Positions 6,990 through 14,529 of a stretch of DNA of 18,325 nt are shown here, in pieces. The notes under the pieces were generated by a model that was not told the DNA's origin, searched no databases, and saw only the letters and a list, made by a program, of their open reading frames with translations. Source of the DNA: a virus. The first letter of the stretch is position 1; every line of letters begins with the position of its first letter. Made by a program: the position numbers and the translations under genes. Where the stretch lies: positions 1-18,325 of IMG/VR virus record IMGVR_UViG_3300042922_000644. One strand, given 5' to 3'.

Positions 6990-7038
6990 ACCACCCATGA
7001 GTGGAGTTCATTTGTGGGTGGTCACTTTCATTTTTTTA
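6990..7038 (+). terminator. Weak candidate terminator downstream of the RNAP gene
   Basis: An 8-bp stem pairs accaccca (6990-6997) with tgggtggt (7015-7022) around a 17-nt loop. The T7 run at 7031-7037 is separated from the stem by 8 nt. Confidence 0.35.
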
Positions 7039-7085
7039 CACAATTTTATTGCATTACAAACAAACCATAGAATGGCTTAATCAGT

Positions 7086-7114
7086 ATTTTACACGAATGC
7101 TTACATATTGTCAA
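7086..7114 (-). promoter_or_regulatory. Candidate leftward promoter inside the long non-coding region
   Basis: On the minus strand, TTGACA (7109-7114), a 17-nt spacer, then TAAAAT (7086-7091). No ORF with an RBS lies downstream, so a non-coding or antisense transcript is possible. Confidence 0.35.
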
Positions 7115-7251
7115 CAATTATTTTCAATAATATGCCACTACTGCAAGTGGTTTATTATAAATCCTCTCTTTCTACATTATTTAATTCAATTGTTTCAGCT
7201 AAATTTCTGTAATTTAACTTAACAGATGTTTTTCCATGGACTCTAAGCAAA

Positions 7252-7324
7252 GGGGAGAAATTGTCCTACTCCCCAACCTCCAGATAATTACCGCCTATCT
7301 CCTTTTGGATAAAGGCGGTTTTTA
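7252..7324 (+). terminator. GC-rich hairpin followed by an intrinsic terminator, just upstream of the capsid operon
   Basis: Hairpin 1 pairs ggggag (7252-7257) with ctcccc (7269-7274). Hairpin 2 pairs accgcct (7290-7296) with aggcggt (7313-7319), has an inner tcc/gga stem, and is followed by a T-run at 7320-7323. Confidence 0.55.
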
Positions 7325-7411
7325 TATATCAACTATTAACAATGTATTAGGGGCAATCCTATGAACTCATAGAGGGCAAACGGTAAAGCAACTAGAAAGG
7401 TAAGGTAATAT

Positions 7412-7906
7412 ATGGATTTAAAAGAATTAGGATTAACCGCAGACCAAATAGAAGCGGTAAACAAAGCTATTCAGAGTGAAACTGATAAGGTAAGAACTGA
7501 CTACAGTTTGAAACTTAAAACAGCTAATGACGAATTAAGCAAGTTCAAACCCAATGAGAAATCAGATGCAGAAAAAGCACTTGAACAGAAACAAAGGGAA
7601 CTTGAACAAAAAGAATTAGAGATTGCAAATAAGGAAAAATCCTATAAGTTGAAAGACAAATTAACTGAAAAGGGTTTATCTCCTGAATTAGCAAAATATC
7701 TAAATGCAGGTGATGATCTGGATAAGTTCGTTGATGAATTAAGCGGTACATTTAACAATTTACTGGTTAATAACGGATTTAAACCCTCTGACCATAAAAA
7801 GAGTGAGGGTATCACCAAAGAGCAATTTGCTAAGATGAATTATATGGAACGTGCAAAATTGCAAGATGAAAAACCAGAATTATATAAGATTTTATCTCAA
7901 AAATAA
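7412..7906 (+). CDS. Capsid scaffolding protein (DUF4355-like)
   Basis: A 164-aa, helical, Lys/Glu-rich protein. It begins MDLKELGLTADQIEAVNKAIQSETDKVRTDY and lies immediately upstream of the major capsid gene. Confidence 0.75.
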   Translation: MDLKELGLTADQIEAVNKAIQSETDKVRTDYSLKLKTANDELSKFKPNEKSDAEKALEQKQRELEQKELEIANKEKSYKLKDKLTEKGLSPELAKYLNAGDDLDKFVDELSGTFNNLLVNNGFKPSDHKKSEGITKEQFAKMNYMERAKLQDEKPELYKILSQK

Positions 7907-7923
7907 CATAAGGAGGAATTATC

Positions 7924-8757
7924 ATGGCTTTAATTAAACCAGACGTATACGCAGGCTTAGTGCGTGAAAAATTTGATAGTAAGATTAAGATTGCTACAAT
8001 GGCAACAGATTTAGGATACCTTACAAATACTACAGTTGGTGAGACAGTAACATTCCCTAAGTGGAAATTACTTTCCGCAGCCGAGGACGTTGTAAAGGGT
8101 ACTCCTATTGGCTCTGAATCTCTGGATCAGGAGTCTAGTACAGCAACGATTAAGATTGTTGCTCCAAAGGGTGTAGAAATTTATGACATTGATAACATTA
8201 CCGCACTTGGTAACGCAATCAATGAAGCAGCTACACAGCAAGGACAGAATATTGCTCGTAAGATCGATTTAGACCTTATTACAGAAGCAAAGACAACACC
8301 ATTAAAGAAAGCTACATCGGGTGCTACAGCTATTACATTAACTGAAATGGATGGAGCATTAGGCTTATTTGGTGATGAACAGGATGCGGAAAGCTTTTCA
8401 GGAATTGTAATTCATTCCTCTATTCTTCCGTCATTCTTAGGAATGGATAACTTTGTATCCACTGACAAGACATTCATGACAATGGGTAACGGTATTGTAA
8501 GAAATGGATTAGTTGGATATTACAGAGGTATTCCAGTATACATGGCTAATCATGGTACATATGACAGCACTACAAGCGAGTGCCTGACATTTATTATTAA
8601 GAGGAATTCCCTTGGATTTATGACTAAGAGAGACATTAGTACAGAAATCAAGAGAGAGCCAGAATATTTAAGAAGTACAGTATATTCAAATATGATTTAT
8701 GCTTGTAAGCTTCTTGCTGATGATGGTATCGTCTTAATGAGAAAGACTATTGCATAG
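7924..8757 (+). CDS. Major capsid protein (HK97-fold type)
   Basis: A 277-aa protein with a strong AAGGAGG RBS. It follows the scaffold gene. The N-terminus ALIKPDVYAGLVREKFDSKIKIATMATDL and the overall composition are typical of small HK97-like capsid proteins paired with DUF4355 scaffolds. A stable hairpin lies downstream. Confidence 0.75.
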   Translation: MALIKPDVYAGLVREKFDSKIKIATMATDLGYLTNTTVGETVTFPKWKLLSAAEDVVKGTPIGSESLDQESSTATIKIVAPKGVEIYDIDNITALGNAINEAATQQGQNIARKIDLDLITEAKTTPLKKATSGATAITLTEMDGALGLFGDEQDAESFSGIVIHSSILPSFLGMDNFVSTDKTFMTMGNGIVRNGLVGYYRGIPVYMANHGTYDSTTSECLTFIIKRNSLGFMTKRDISTEIKREPEYLRSTVYSNMIYACKLLADDGIVLMRKTIA

Positions 8758-8797
8758 TATTAGGTTCTGTCCTTTCGGACAAAAGCTAGTATTAATA

Positions 8798-8828
8798 AGG
8801 GGTGTACTCTATTTTAGGGTATACCCCT
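8798..8828 (+). terminator. Stable stem-loop after the capsid gene (terminator or RNA-stability element, no clear U-tract)
   Basis: A 9-bp stem pairs aggggtgta (8798-8806) with tatacccct (8820-8828). A smaller hairpin, tgtcc-tttc-ggaca, lies at 8768-8781. Confidence 0.4.
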
Positions 8829-8853
8829 ATCTAATTGTAAAGGAGTTGAAAAG

Positions 8854-9081
8854 ATGTTAAACGGTAAGAAACTACAGTTTTTAAGGATATATCATGGTTA
8901 CTCACAGAAATATATAGCTGATGCAATCGGTGTATCTGAAAGATGGATAGGAAAGATTGAGAATGAGGGTTCTACACCGTCAGAGGAAGTATACGAAAAT
9001 TATTTACTTGCTTTATATGGCAAGCTTAAACCAAAGAAAGTGAAAGCGGAAAAGACCGCCACGAAAAAGGATACCGAATAA
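8854..9081 (+). CDS. XRE-family helix-turn-helix protein (75 aa)
   Basis: LQFLRIYHGYSQKYIADAIGVSERWIGKIENEGSTPS fits the HTH_3 pattern (SQ..lA...GvS...is..E.G). The C-terminal tail is basic. Confidence 0.8.
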   Translation: MLNGKKLQFLRIYHGYSQKYIADAIGVSERWIGKIENEGSTPSEEVYENYLLALYGKLKPKKVKAEKTATKKDTE

Positions 9082-9133
9082 TAGGTATGCTTATTTTTTT
9101 ATGCAACAAAGTTGATAGAAAGGAGCGTCATAT

Positions 9134-9337
9134 ATGACGGGTAAGGAATTTAGAAGATGGAGAAGAAACGAGGACATTACACAGGATAAAGTAGCCGATA
9201 TGTGCGGTATTGACAAAAGTACCGTATCAAGATGGGAAAATGAATTAATAGTTATTAGTGATAAACACTACAACAATATAATGAATTTCATTGATTACAT
9301 GACAAATAAAAACAATATGAAAGGTAGGGTATTTTAA
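9134..9337 (+). CDS. XRE-family helix-turn-helix protein (67 aa)
   Basis: FRRWRRNEDITQDKVADMCGIDKSTVSRWENE fits the HTH_3 pattern. The RBS is GAAAGGAG. Confidence 0.75.
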   Translation: MTGKEFRRWRRNEDITQDKVADMCGIDKSTVSRWENELIVISDKHYNNIMNFIDYMTNKNNMKGRVF

Positions 9338-9543
9338 TGTTTGGTAAGGTTAGTAAGTATTTTAAAGATAGAAATTATGGATTTATTAAAGGTGATGATG
9401 GTTATACATATTTTGCACACGTAAGTAATATTCAGGATGGTATTTTAGAAAGAGGTTACATAGTAGATTTTCAACCATTCACAGATAAAAACGGTAAACA
9501 ACAAGCAGGAAATGTAATTGTAGTTGAGTCTGATATAGATTAA
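9337..9543 (+). CDS. Cold-shock-domain (CspA-like) nucleic-acid-binding protein (68 aa)
   Basis: The RNP1-like motif is NYGFIKG and the RNP2-like motif is TYFAHVSNIQ. Length and layout match single-domain cold-shock proteins. The start overlaps the upstream stop (TAATG). Confidence 0.85.
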   Translation: MFGKVSKYFKDRNYGFIKGDDGYTYFAHVSNIQDGILERGYIVDFQPFTDKNGKQQAGNVIVVESDID

Positions 9544-9561
9544 TGAAAGGGGTGAATGCTT

Positions 9562-11307
9562 ATGAGTAGTCTAATGGTAGTACAAGAACAAAGGCAAATA
9601 ATTTTTGCGGTGGACTCAGCACATAGTAAAGTAGTTTGTAATATGAAAACCAAAGAAAAAAAGATATCTCGTTATCTGAATGATGATGTTGATAAAATCC
9701 ATTTTATCGGTAAGGATATTGCCTTTGTGTCAGGTGCTAACTATGTGATTGATCCAGTTATAGAAAAGCTTAATGATTTTCTTGATAGTAAAAAACGAAT
9801 TTATACAGAAGAATTGAAAAAGTATCTATTAGAAAATTACCCATATTCAAAGTGTCCGATTAAAGAGTATGGACTTAGTGATATTGGAATTACTATTCTT
9901 CGAGTGATGAATAATGAGGCTATAATGATTAAAATGGATCAATGTAATGATTTTGAGCCAGTAATAAGCAAAGCAAAACAAGGAGAAATAAAGCTTTCAG
10001 TAGATGGATTTGACAATCAACGAATTTATGAGAACGGAAGTAAATTCTTAAATAGATTATCTAATTTTGGATGGAGATCCCCAGAAGCTTTAATAACGAT
10101 ATATCAGAATAATTATAGTGAGGGTGTAGGCGGTCTAATTAAGGTTTATAAATTAGATTGGAGTGGTTGCAATCTTATTAAGTCACAAAAACTAGAAGAG
10201 AAAAACCTAAACTATATAAGTATTGATGAAGATGGGAATGAAATCGAAAGTAATGATAAGTTAGAATTTAAGTCATGCTTACAAGCTTGCACTGGTACTT
10301 TCACAGGAACGGTACAAGCAGGGCAAGTAATAGGCGGTACAGTTGAGGGAACAACTATTAACGGTTCAACAATCAACGGTACTGTAATAAATGGATCAAC
10401 AATATATGGCGGTGAAATAATTGGTGGTACAATTACAAGTGAAGCAGGTGGAATTGATTATGGAACAGTTACTATTGATGATGGTGCTGTCATTTCGTCA
10501 TTTGATAATGGTGGGGATCATATTGAACTCACTATGGGTGGTGTATCCTTTGATGTTGGAATTCATTTAGCTGATGGTAGAACAGCATATTCAAATTTAC
10601 AACATTCAGGAGTAAGAACTGGATTAACTGGTGGTAGTTATGCGGAATATTTAAGAAGTGGAATTAATATTGGTACTTCAAGTTCATACAATTTTACAGC
10701 AGATAATAGTGGTAATGTGTCTTGTAAGACATTGAGTATTAATGGTGCTTCTCCTTTAACTACAAGCAATTATTCTTCGTATGCAGCTCCAATATCACAT
10801 ATGCAATCATCCTATACTATTACACCAACACTGACCGCCGCACAAAATATTTCACTTTATGGTGAACCCAACGCAGCCAGTACATGGTGGGTAAATGCCA
10901 ATTTCGAGAAGCTTTCTGCTTCTGATTTTAGGTTGAAAAAGAATATATTTGATATCAATATTCCAAACGATGTATACTTTGACCTAAAGCCTAAACAATA
11001 TGAATTTAAGTGCGATGAAAACCGTAATGGTGTATGCTTCGGACTTGTAGCACAACAGACACAAAATGTATTCAGTAAATACGGTTTAAATCCCACAGAT
11101 TATAATTTATTTAGGTTCTCTGATCCAAAGTCTTATACTGATGAGGGGTTATATGTAGGTAAGGATAAAATTAATTCAATTAACTACGAGAATATGACAT
11201 CATGGACAGTTAAAATAGTACAGGACTTGAATAAGAAAATAAGTGATTTAGAAAGCCGAATTAATGTATTAGAAGATAAATTGTCAGAAAATTCAACAAA
11301 TTTATAG
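9562..11307 (+). CDS. Tail fibre/spike with a C-terminal Peptidase_S74 intramolecular chaperone domain and an unusual N-terminal domain
   Basis: The C-terminus has SDFRLKKNI (Ser codon at 10921), then CFGLVAQQ, then the coiled coil ISDLESRINVLEDKL, which is the S74 auto-cleaving chaperone signature. The middle has GGTVEGTTINGSTINGTVINGSTIYGGEIIGGTI beta-helix-like repeats. The ATG at 9562 is preferred over 9556 because of its spacing from the GAAAGGGG RBS. Confidence 0.85.
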   Translation: MSSLMVVQEQRQIIFAVDSAHSKVVCNMKTKEKKISRYLNDDVDKIHFIGKDIAFVSGANYVIDPVIEKLNDFLDSKKRIYTEELKKYLLENYPYSKCPIKEYGLSDIGITILRVMNNEAIMIKMDQCNDFEPVISKAKQGEIKLSVDGFDNQRIYENGSKFLNRLSNFGWRSPEALITIYQNNYSEGVGGLIKVYKLDWSGCNLIKSQKLEEKNLNYISIDEDGNEIESNDKLEFKSCLQACTGTFTGTVQAGQVIGGTVEGTTINGSTINGTVINGSTIYGGEIIGGTITSEAGGIDYGTVTIDDGAVISSFDNGGDHIELTMGGVSFDVGIHLADGRTAYSNLQHSGVRTGLTGGSYAEYLRSGINIGTSSSYNFTADNSGNVSCKTLSINGASPLTTSNYSSYAAPISHMQSSYTITPTLTAAQNISLYGEPNAASTWWVNANFEKLSASDFRLKKNIFDINIPNDVYFDLKPKQYEFKCDENRNGVCFGLVAQQTQNVFSKYGLNPTDYNLFRFSDPKSYTDEGLYVGKDKINSINYENMTSWTVKIVQDLNKKISDLESRINVLEDKLSENSTNL

Positions 11308-11335
11308 GTAATTAACTGACAATTATTGGTAAATA

Positions 11336-11364
11336 TTGACAAACTTATTTGAATACAATATATT
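11336..11364 (+). promoter_or_regulatory. Sigma-A-type promoter
   Basis: TTGACA (11336-11341), a 17-nt spacer, then TATATT (11359-11364). Confidence 0.5.
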
Positions 11365-11369
11365 TCTCT

Positions 11370-11397
11370 TTACTATATATCACTTATATGCTAAAAT
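11370..11397 (+). promoter_or_regulatory. Second sigma-A-type promoter (extended -10)
   Basis: TTACTA (11370-11375), a 16-nt spacer, then TGC TAAAAT (-10 at 11392-11397). The spacer contains the ATATCAC half-site. Confidence 0.45.
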
Positions 11398-11428
11398 GAT
11401 ACTCATAAATAATAAGGAGATGTCATAA

Positions 11429-11647
11429 ATGCAATACATAGAAAATACAACAAGTGAAGCAATAGTAATATTTGCTGGTCATGTAGCAAGGAAGTTGCTT
11501 AAAAGAGGTTTTACCATCATTGACATTAAACCAGATCATACAAATAAGCTTAAAACAGTATTTGTATTCCGAGTTGAAAGAGATATTGAACAACAACTTG
11601 CAGAGATTACATATGAAGAGAAAAATAGAGAGCGAATATTAGCATAG
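11429..11647 (+). CDS. Small hypothetical protein (72 aa), possibly DUF5659-like
   Basis: The RBS is AAGGAGA. AIVIFAGHVARKLLKRGFTIIDIKPDHTNKLKTVFVFRVERDIEQQL resembles small phage proteins with the pattern a.yL...Gf.l..i.....k..FvFe. Confidence 0.55.
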   Translation: MQYIENTTSEAIVIFAGHVARKLLKRGFTIIDIKPDHTNKLKTVFVFRVERDIEQQLAEITYEEKNRERILA

Positions 11648-11659
11648 TAAACCCTTAAA

Positions 11660-11691
11660 GGGGTGTCATTTTCGACACCTCATTTTTATTT
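11660..11691 (+). terminator. Rho-independent terminator
   Basis: ggggtgtc (11660-11667), loop attttc, gacacctc (11674-11681), followed by atttttattt. Confidence 0.7.
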
Positions 11692-11743
11692 ACTATATTT
11701 GTAAGTATTCAAAAAAACACAACAAAAAAGGAGCAACTAAATA

Positions 11744-13609
11744 ATGAAAGTAAAACTGATGCTAGACAAGCATGAGTTTCAGGCTAAACCTACGGGATTT
11801 GAAACTGGAGGTATTCAGAAACGAATTGCACAAACAGAAATTGAGATTGAAGAACTTGCAAACGGTCTATGTCATGGCTATACATGCAAACCGGCACTTC
11901 TTATTGGTAGTAAGAGTGCCGATTGGATAGAACAACAAGTATTCATGTTAGATTTTGACCACGACACGACGGTTGGGGAACAGTTGAGTGTCGCAGATAA
12001 TTTAGGTATTAAACCAGTATTCTTATATACATCTTTTAGCCATTCCGAAAAAGAACATCACTTTCGTATGGTTTTCATCAATGATTATATTATAACAGAT
12101 GTAGAGCAAAGAAACAAGCTACAATCTACACTAATTCACCTTTTCGATAAATCGGACAAGGTTACTTTTGATTGCACAAGAATATTCTATGGTGGGTGTG
12201 GTCACACTCCTATTTCCCCAAACTACGAAGCAAGAATAAACGCTGATGAAATCATCAATAAGTATTACAAGCCTGAATATGATATCTCTAAGCCTGTCAA
12301 AAAGGCTAAAATCAAGGAAAAATCCATTGATAAAGAGAATATTAAGGTTTCTATTAATGATGATTATTTAGCGAATGTACAAGCAATTAAAGAGTTAAAT
12401 GTACGCAAAATGAGGGAGATAGTAGGCACTTCGTTGAAAAGGGTACCTAATAAAGAAGATAACCTCTTATCAGGTACCCCTAACAGTGGCGGTCGTGTTG
12501 TGCTGCACTCGTTGAATGAATTGTATGATTATATAAATAATATTGATTTGTGTGCTTTTTTGGGCATAGATGAGGGATATTTCATTAATTGTATTCTACC
12601 TAATCATGATGATGATAACCCATCGGCTCATATATTTACTACTAAGGATGGAACACAAGTATATAAATGCTTCGGTTGTGGTAAGGCTCTAACTATTATT
12701 GCATTAGTGGAGATACTAGCAAAGACAACTAGAAGAAAATCAATCGAATTTATCAAGAGAGTTTATAATATTGAATTGGTAGAGTCTGATTGGATGAGAG
12801 AACAAAGAGAAATAATGAGGGAGAATGTATACTATCTGGATACAGAAGAATTCAAAATAGAATTCCCAAACTTATCGAAGCTAATAAGGACTAGGAAAAT
12901 TCATTTAAAAGCCTTGATTACATATTTTTCACAGCTTATTAGTGAGGAACTACAAGTAGACAATAAACCTCTCTTTTTCAGTGGGTATCCTAAATTATTA
13001 GATGTATGTGGTATCAATCAAAATAAAAGAGTTAAGTTGTCACAATCACTTACTTTATTCCATCTTTTGAATTTGATTGAGAAGATTGAGCCTGAAAGAC
13101 TTCCAAAAGACCAGTTGAATAAGGCAAAACATATTAGTGCAAAGTATGGATTTAAGAAGCTTACAAACTTCTACCAGTTCAATGAATATGGTTATCTTCT
13201 CCTTGAAGAAAGTGAAGAGATTGCAAAGGAACTTATTGCAAAGAATATCTCAATTAAAGGTATTAGTAGGGAATATATAATGCGTACATTTGGAACTGAA
13301 TTAGCAGACAAGGTATTTCCACAATACAAATATGAAAATCATCGTGGTAATGGAGTTACAAAGAAATCTGATGAAATGACATTGAAAATCAGTGAAGCAT
13401 TACTGGAAGTGATTAATAATCAAGGCTACATAAGGGAATGTGATTTAAAGGTTAATGATAAGATTGAAACTCAATGGAAAAGGAGTATTCAAGAGATATT
13501 AGATGCTTATGGACTTGTGAGAGTTAGAGCAACTAAATCGAACAAAGAGAAATATAACATTCCTGACGAAATTCCATATCAATCCTTTGTGATTGTAAAA
13601 GCTGAATAA
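11744..13609 (+). CDS. Replication protein: AEP-family primase-polymerase N-terminal domain fused to a DnaG-type CHC2 zinc finger (621 aa)
   Basis: AEP motifs are FMLDFDHD (DxD), HHFRMVF (His motif) and FDCTRIFYGG. The zinc finger is CILPNHDDDNPSAHIF...YKCFGCGKALTIIALVE (about nt 12590-12700). No Walker A helicase motif was seen. Confidence 0.7.
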   Translation: MKVKLMLDKHEFQAKPTGFETGGIQKRIAQTEIEIEELANGLCHGYTCKPALLIGSKSADWIEQQVFMLDFDHDTTVGEQLSVADNLGIKPVFLYTSFSHSEKEHHFRMVFINDYIITDVEQRNKLQSTLIHLFDKSDKVTFDCTRIFYGGCGHTPISPNYEARINADEIINKYYKPEYDISKPVKKAKIKEKSIDKENIKVSINDDYLANVQAIKELNVRKMREIVGTSLKRVPNKEDNLLSGTPNSGGRVVLHSLNELYDYINNIDLCAFLGIDEGYFINCILPNHDDDNPSAHIFTTKDGTQVYKCFGCGKALTIIALVEILAKTTRRKSIEFIKRVYNIELVESDWMREQREIMRENVYYLDTEEFKIEFPNLSKLIRTRKIHLKALITYFSQLISEELQVDNKPLFFSGYPKLLDVCGINQNKRVKLSQSLTLFHLLNLIEKIEPERLPKDQLNKAKHISAKYGFKKLTNFYQFNEYGYLLLEESEEIAKELIAKNISIKGISREYIMRTFGTELADKVFPQYKYENHRGNGVTKKSDEMTLKISEALLEVINNQGYIRECDLKVNDKIETQWKRSIQEILDAYGLVRVRATKSNKEKYNIPDEIPYQSFVIVKAE

Positions 13610-13620
13610 AATAAATTATT

Positions 13621-13650
13621 GGGGTGTCCTATTGTGGGATGCCCTTTTTT
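13621..13650 (+). terminator. Rho-independent terminator
   Basis: gggtgtcc (13622-13629) pairs with ggatgccc (13637-13644), with two G-U pairs, followed by T6 at 13645-13650. Confidence 0.7.
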
Positions 13651-13674
13651 AATGTAGAAAAGGAGATTAATAAA

Positions 13675-13911
13675 ATGGATGATGCAACATTTAGATATAA
13701 GAATGAAATTATAGGAATAGTTCAATTACAGATATTAGATAAGGTTATTACAAAGGAAATCACATTAGAGGAAAAGAACGAAATTATGAAACAGATGCTT
13801 GAAACGGATTGTGATTTTCTCCTTTTAGGAAATACATTTTTCAATAAAAAAGCTATATATATCATTGATTTTCCTCAAAGACAACAGGAGGTATACAGTA
13901 ATGATAAGTAA
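13675..13911 (+). CDS. Hypothetical protein (78 aa)
   Basis: The ATG at 13675 has the RBS AAAGGAGA. The track's GTG start at 13624 lies inside the terminator hairpin. Confidence 0.55.
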   Translation: MDDATFRYKNEIIGIVQLQILDKVITKEITLEEKNEIMKQMLETDCDFLLLGNTFFNKKAIYIIDFPQRQQEVYSNDK

Positions 13912-14110
13912 AAGTGGAGGAATAGTTGATGGTAAATTTGTACCTATGGTTGAATTTATCGTTCATTTTATGGACGGAGAGAAGAAAACAATGGGGATTG
14001 ATAATTATCATGCTAAAGAATTAATGGATCGTATGTTGGATAGCAGTTCAGTAATTGATATTGGTGGGTTATTTATTGTGAAGAACAATGTTAAATATTT
14101 TGAATTTTAA
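13901..14110 (+). CDS. Hypothetical protein (69 aa)
   Basis: The ATG at 13901 has an AGGAGG RBS 9 nt upstream. It overlaps the upstream gene by 11 nt. Confidence 0.55.
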   Translation: MISKSGGIVDGKFVPMVEFIVHFMDGEKKTMGIDNYHAKELMDRMLDSSSVIDIGGLFIVKNNVKYFEF

Positions 14111-14121
14111 GGGGGTAAATA

Positions 14122-14529
14122 ATGGCACAAGCAAGAACAGAGTCCATATTGCAGAAATTAAAGGCTATAGTGCCTGAATACATAGCAAGGTTTATTATCT
14201 GGTATTATTCCGAAGAAGATAAACGATGTGATTTTAAAGACTTCATGCCATATGAACCAATGGTAAAGGGAAAATCACTTGATGATTGCTTAGAATGGCT
14301 TACTAGGGAAGATGCTCAAGAAGCTATGCAAACATATCATAAACACATGAAGAAATTCAGATTAATGCAAATTTATGATGCTATGTTTGAAAAAGCAGTA
14401 CAAGGAGATACTAACGCTGCCAAATGGGTTGAAGCATTTTCAAATAGTTCTTTCTTTGATGAAAGTACAGACGAAATAGACGATTTTATGAAAAAAGTGA
14501 ATATCCCTGCATTGAAAGGGGGTAAGTAA
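14122..14529 (+). CDS. Probable terminase small subunit (135 aa)
   Basis: Its position immediately upstream of terL, overlapping it (TAATG), supports the call. The segment MQIYDAMFEKAVQGDTNAAKWVEAF resembles the conserved helix of small-terminase / phBC6A51-type HTH proteins. Confidence 0.5.
   Translation: MAQARTESILQKLKAIVPEYIARFIIWYYSEEDKRCDFKDFMPYEPMVKGKSLDDCLEWLTREDAQEAMQTYHKHMKKFRLMQIYDAMFEKAVQGDTNAAKWVEAFSNSSFFDESTDEIDDFMKKVNIPALKGGK

Noticed and set aside
7001-7222. Plus-strand 73-aa ORF in the long intergenic region.
   Set aside because: It has a GTG start in the loop of the 6990-7022 hairpin and no RBS. Its Cys/Trp/Phe/Tyr-rich sequence is atypical of every other protein here. It is more likely non-coding.
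10949-10956. A fifth copy of the TGATATCA palindrome core (TTGATATCAA) inside the tail-fibre gene.
   Set aside because: It lacks the flanking G/C of the GTGATATCAC operator and sits in coding sequence. One chance occurrence of the 8-mer is expected at this base composition.
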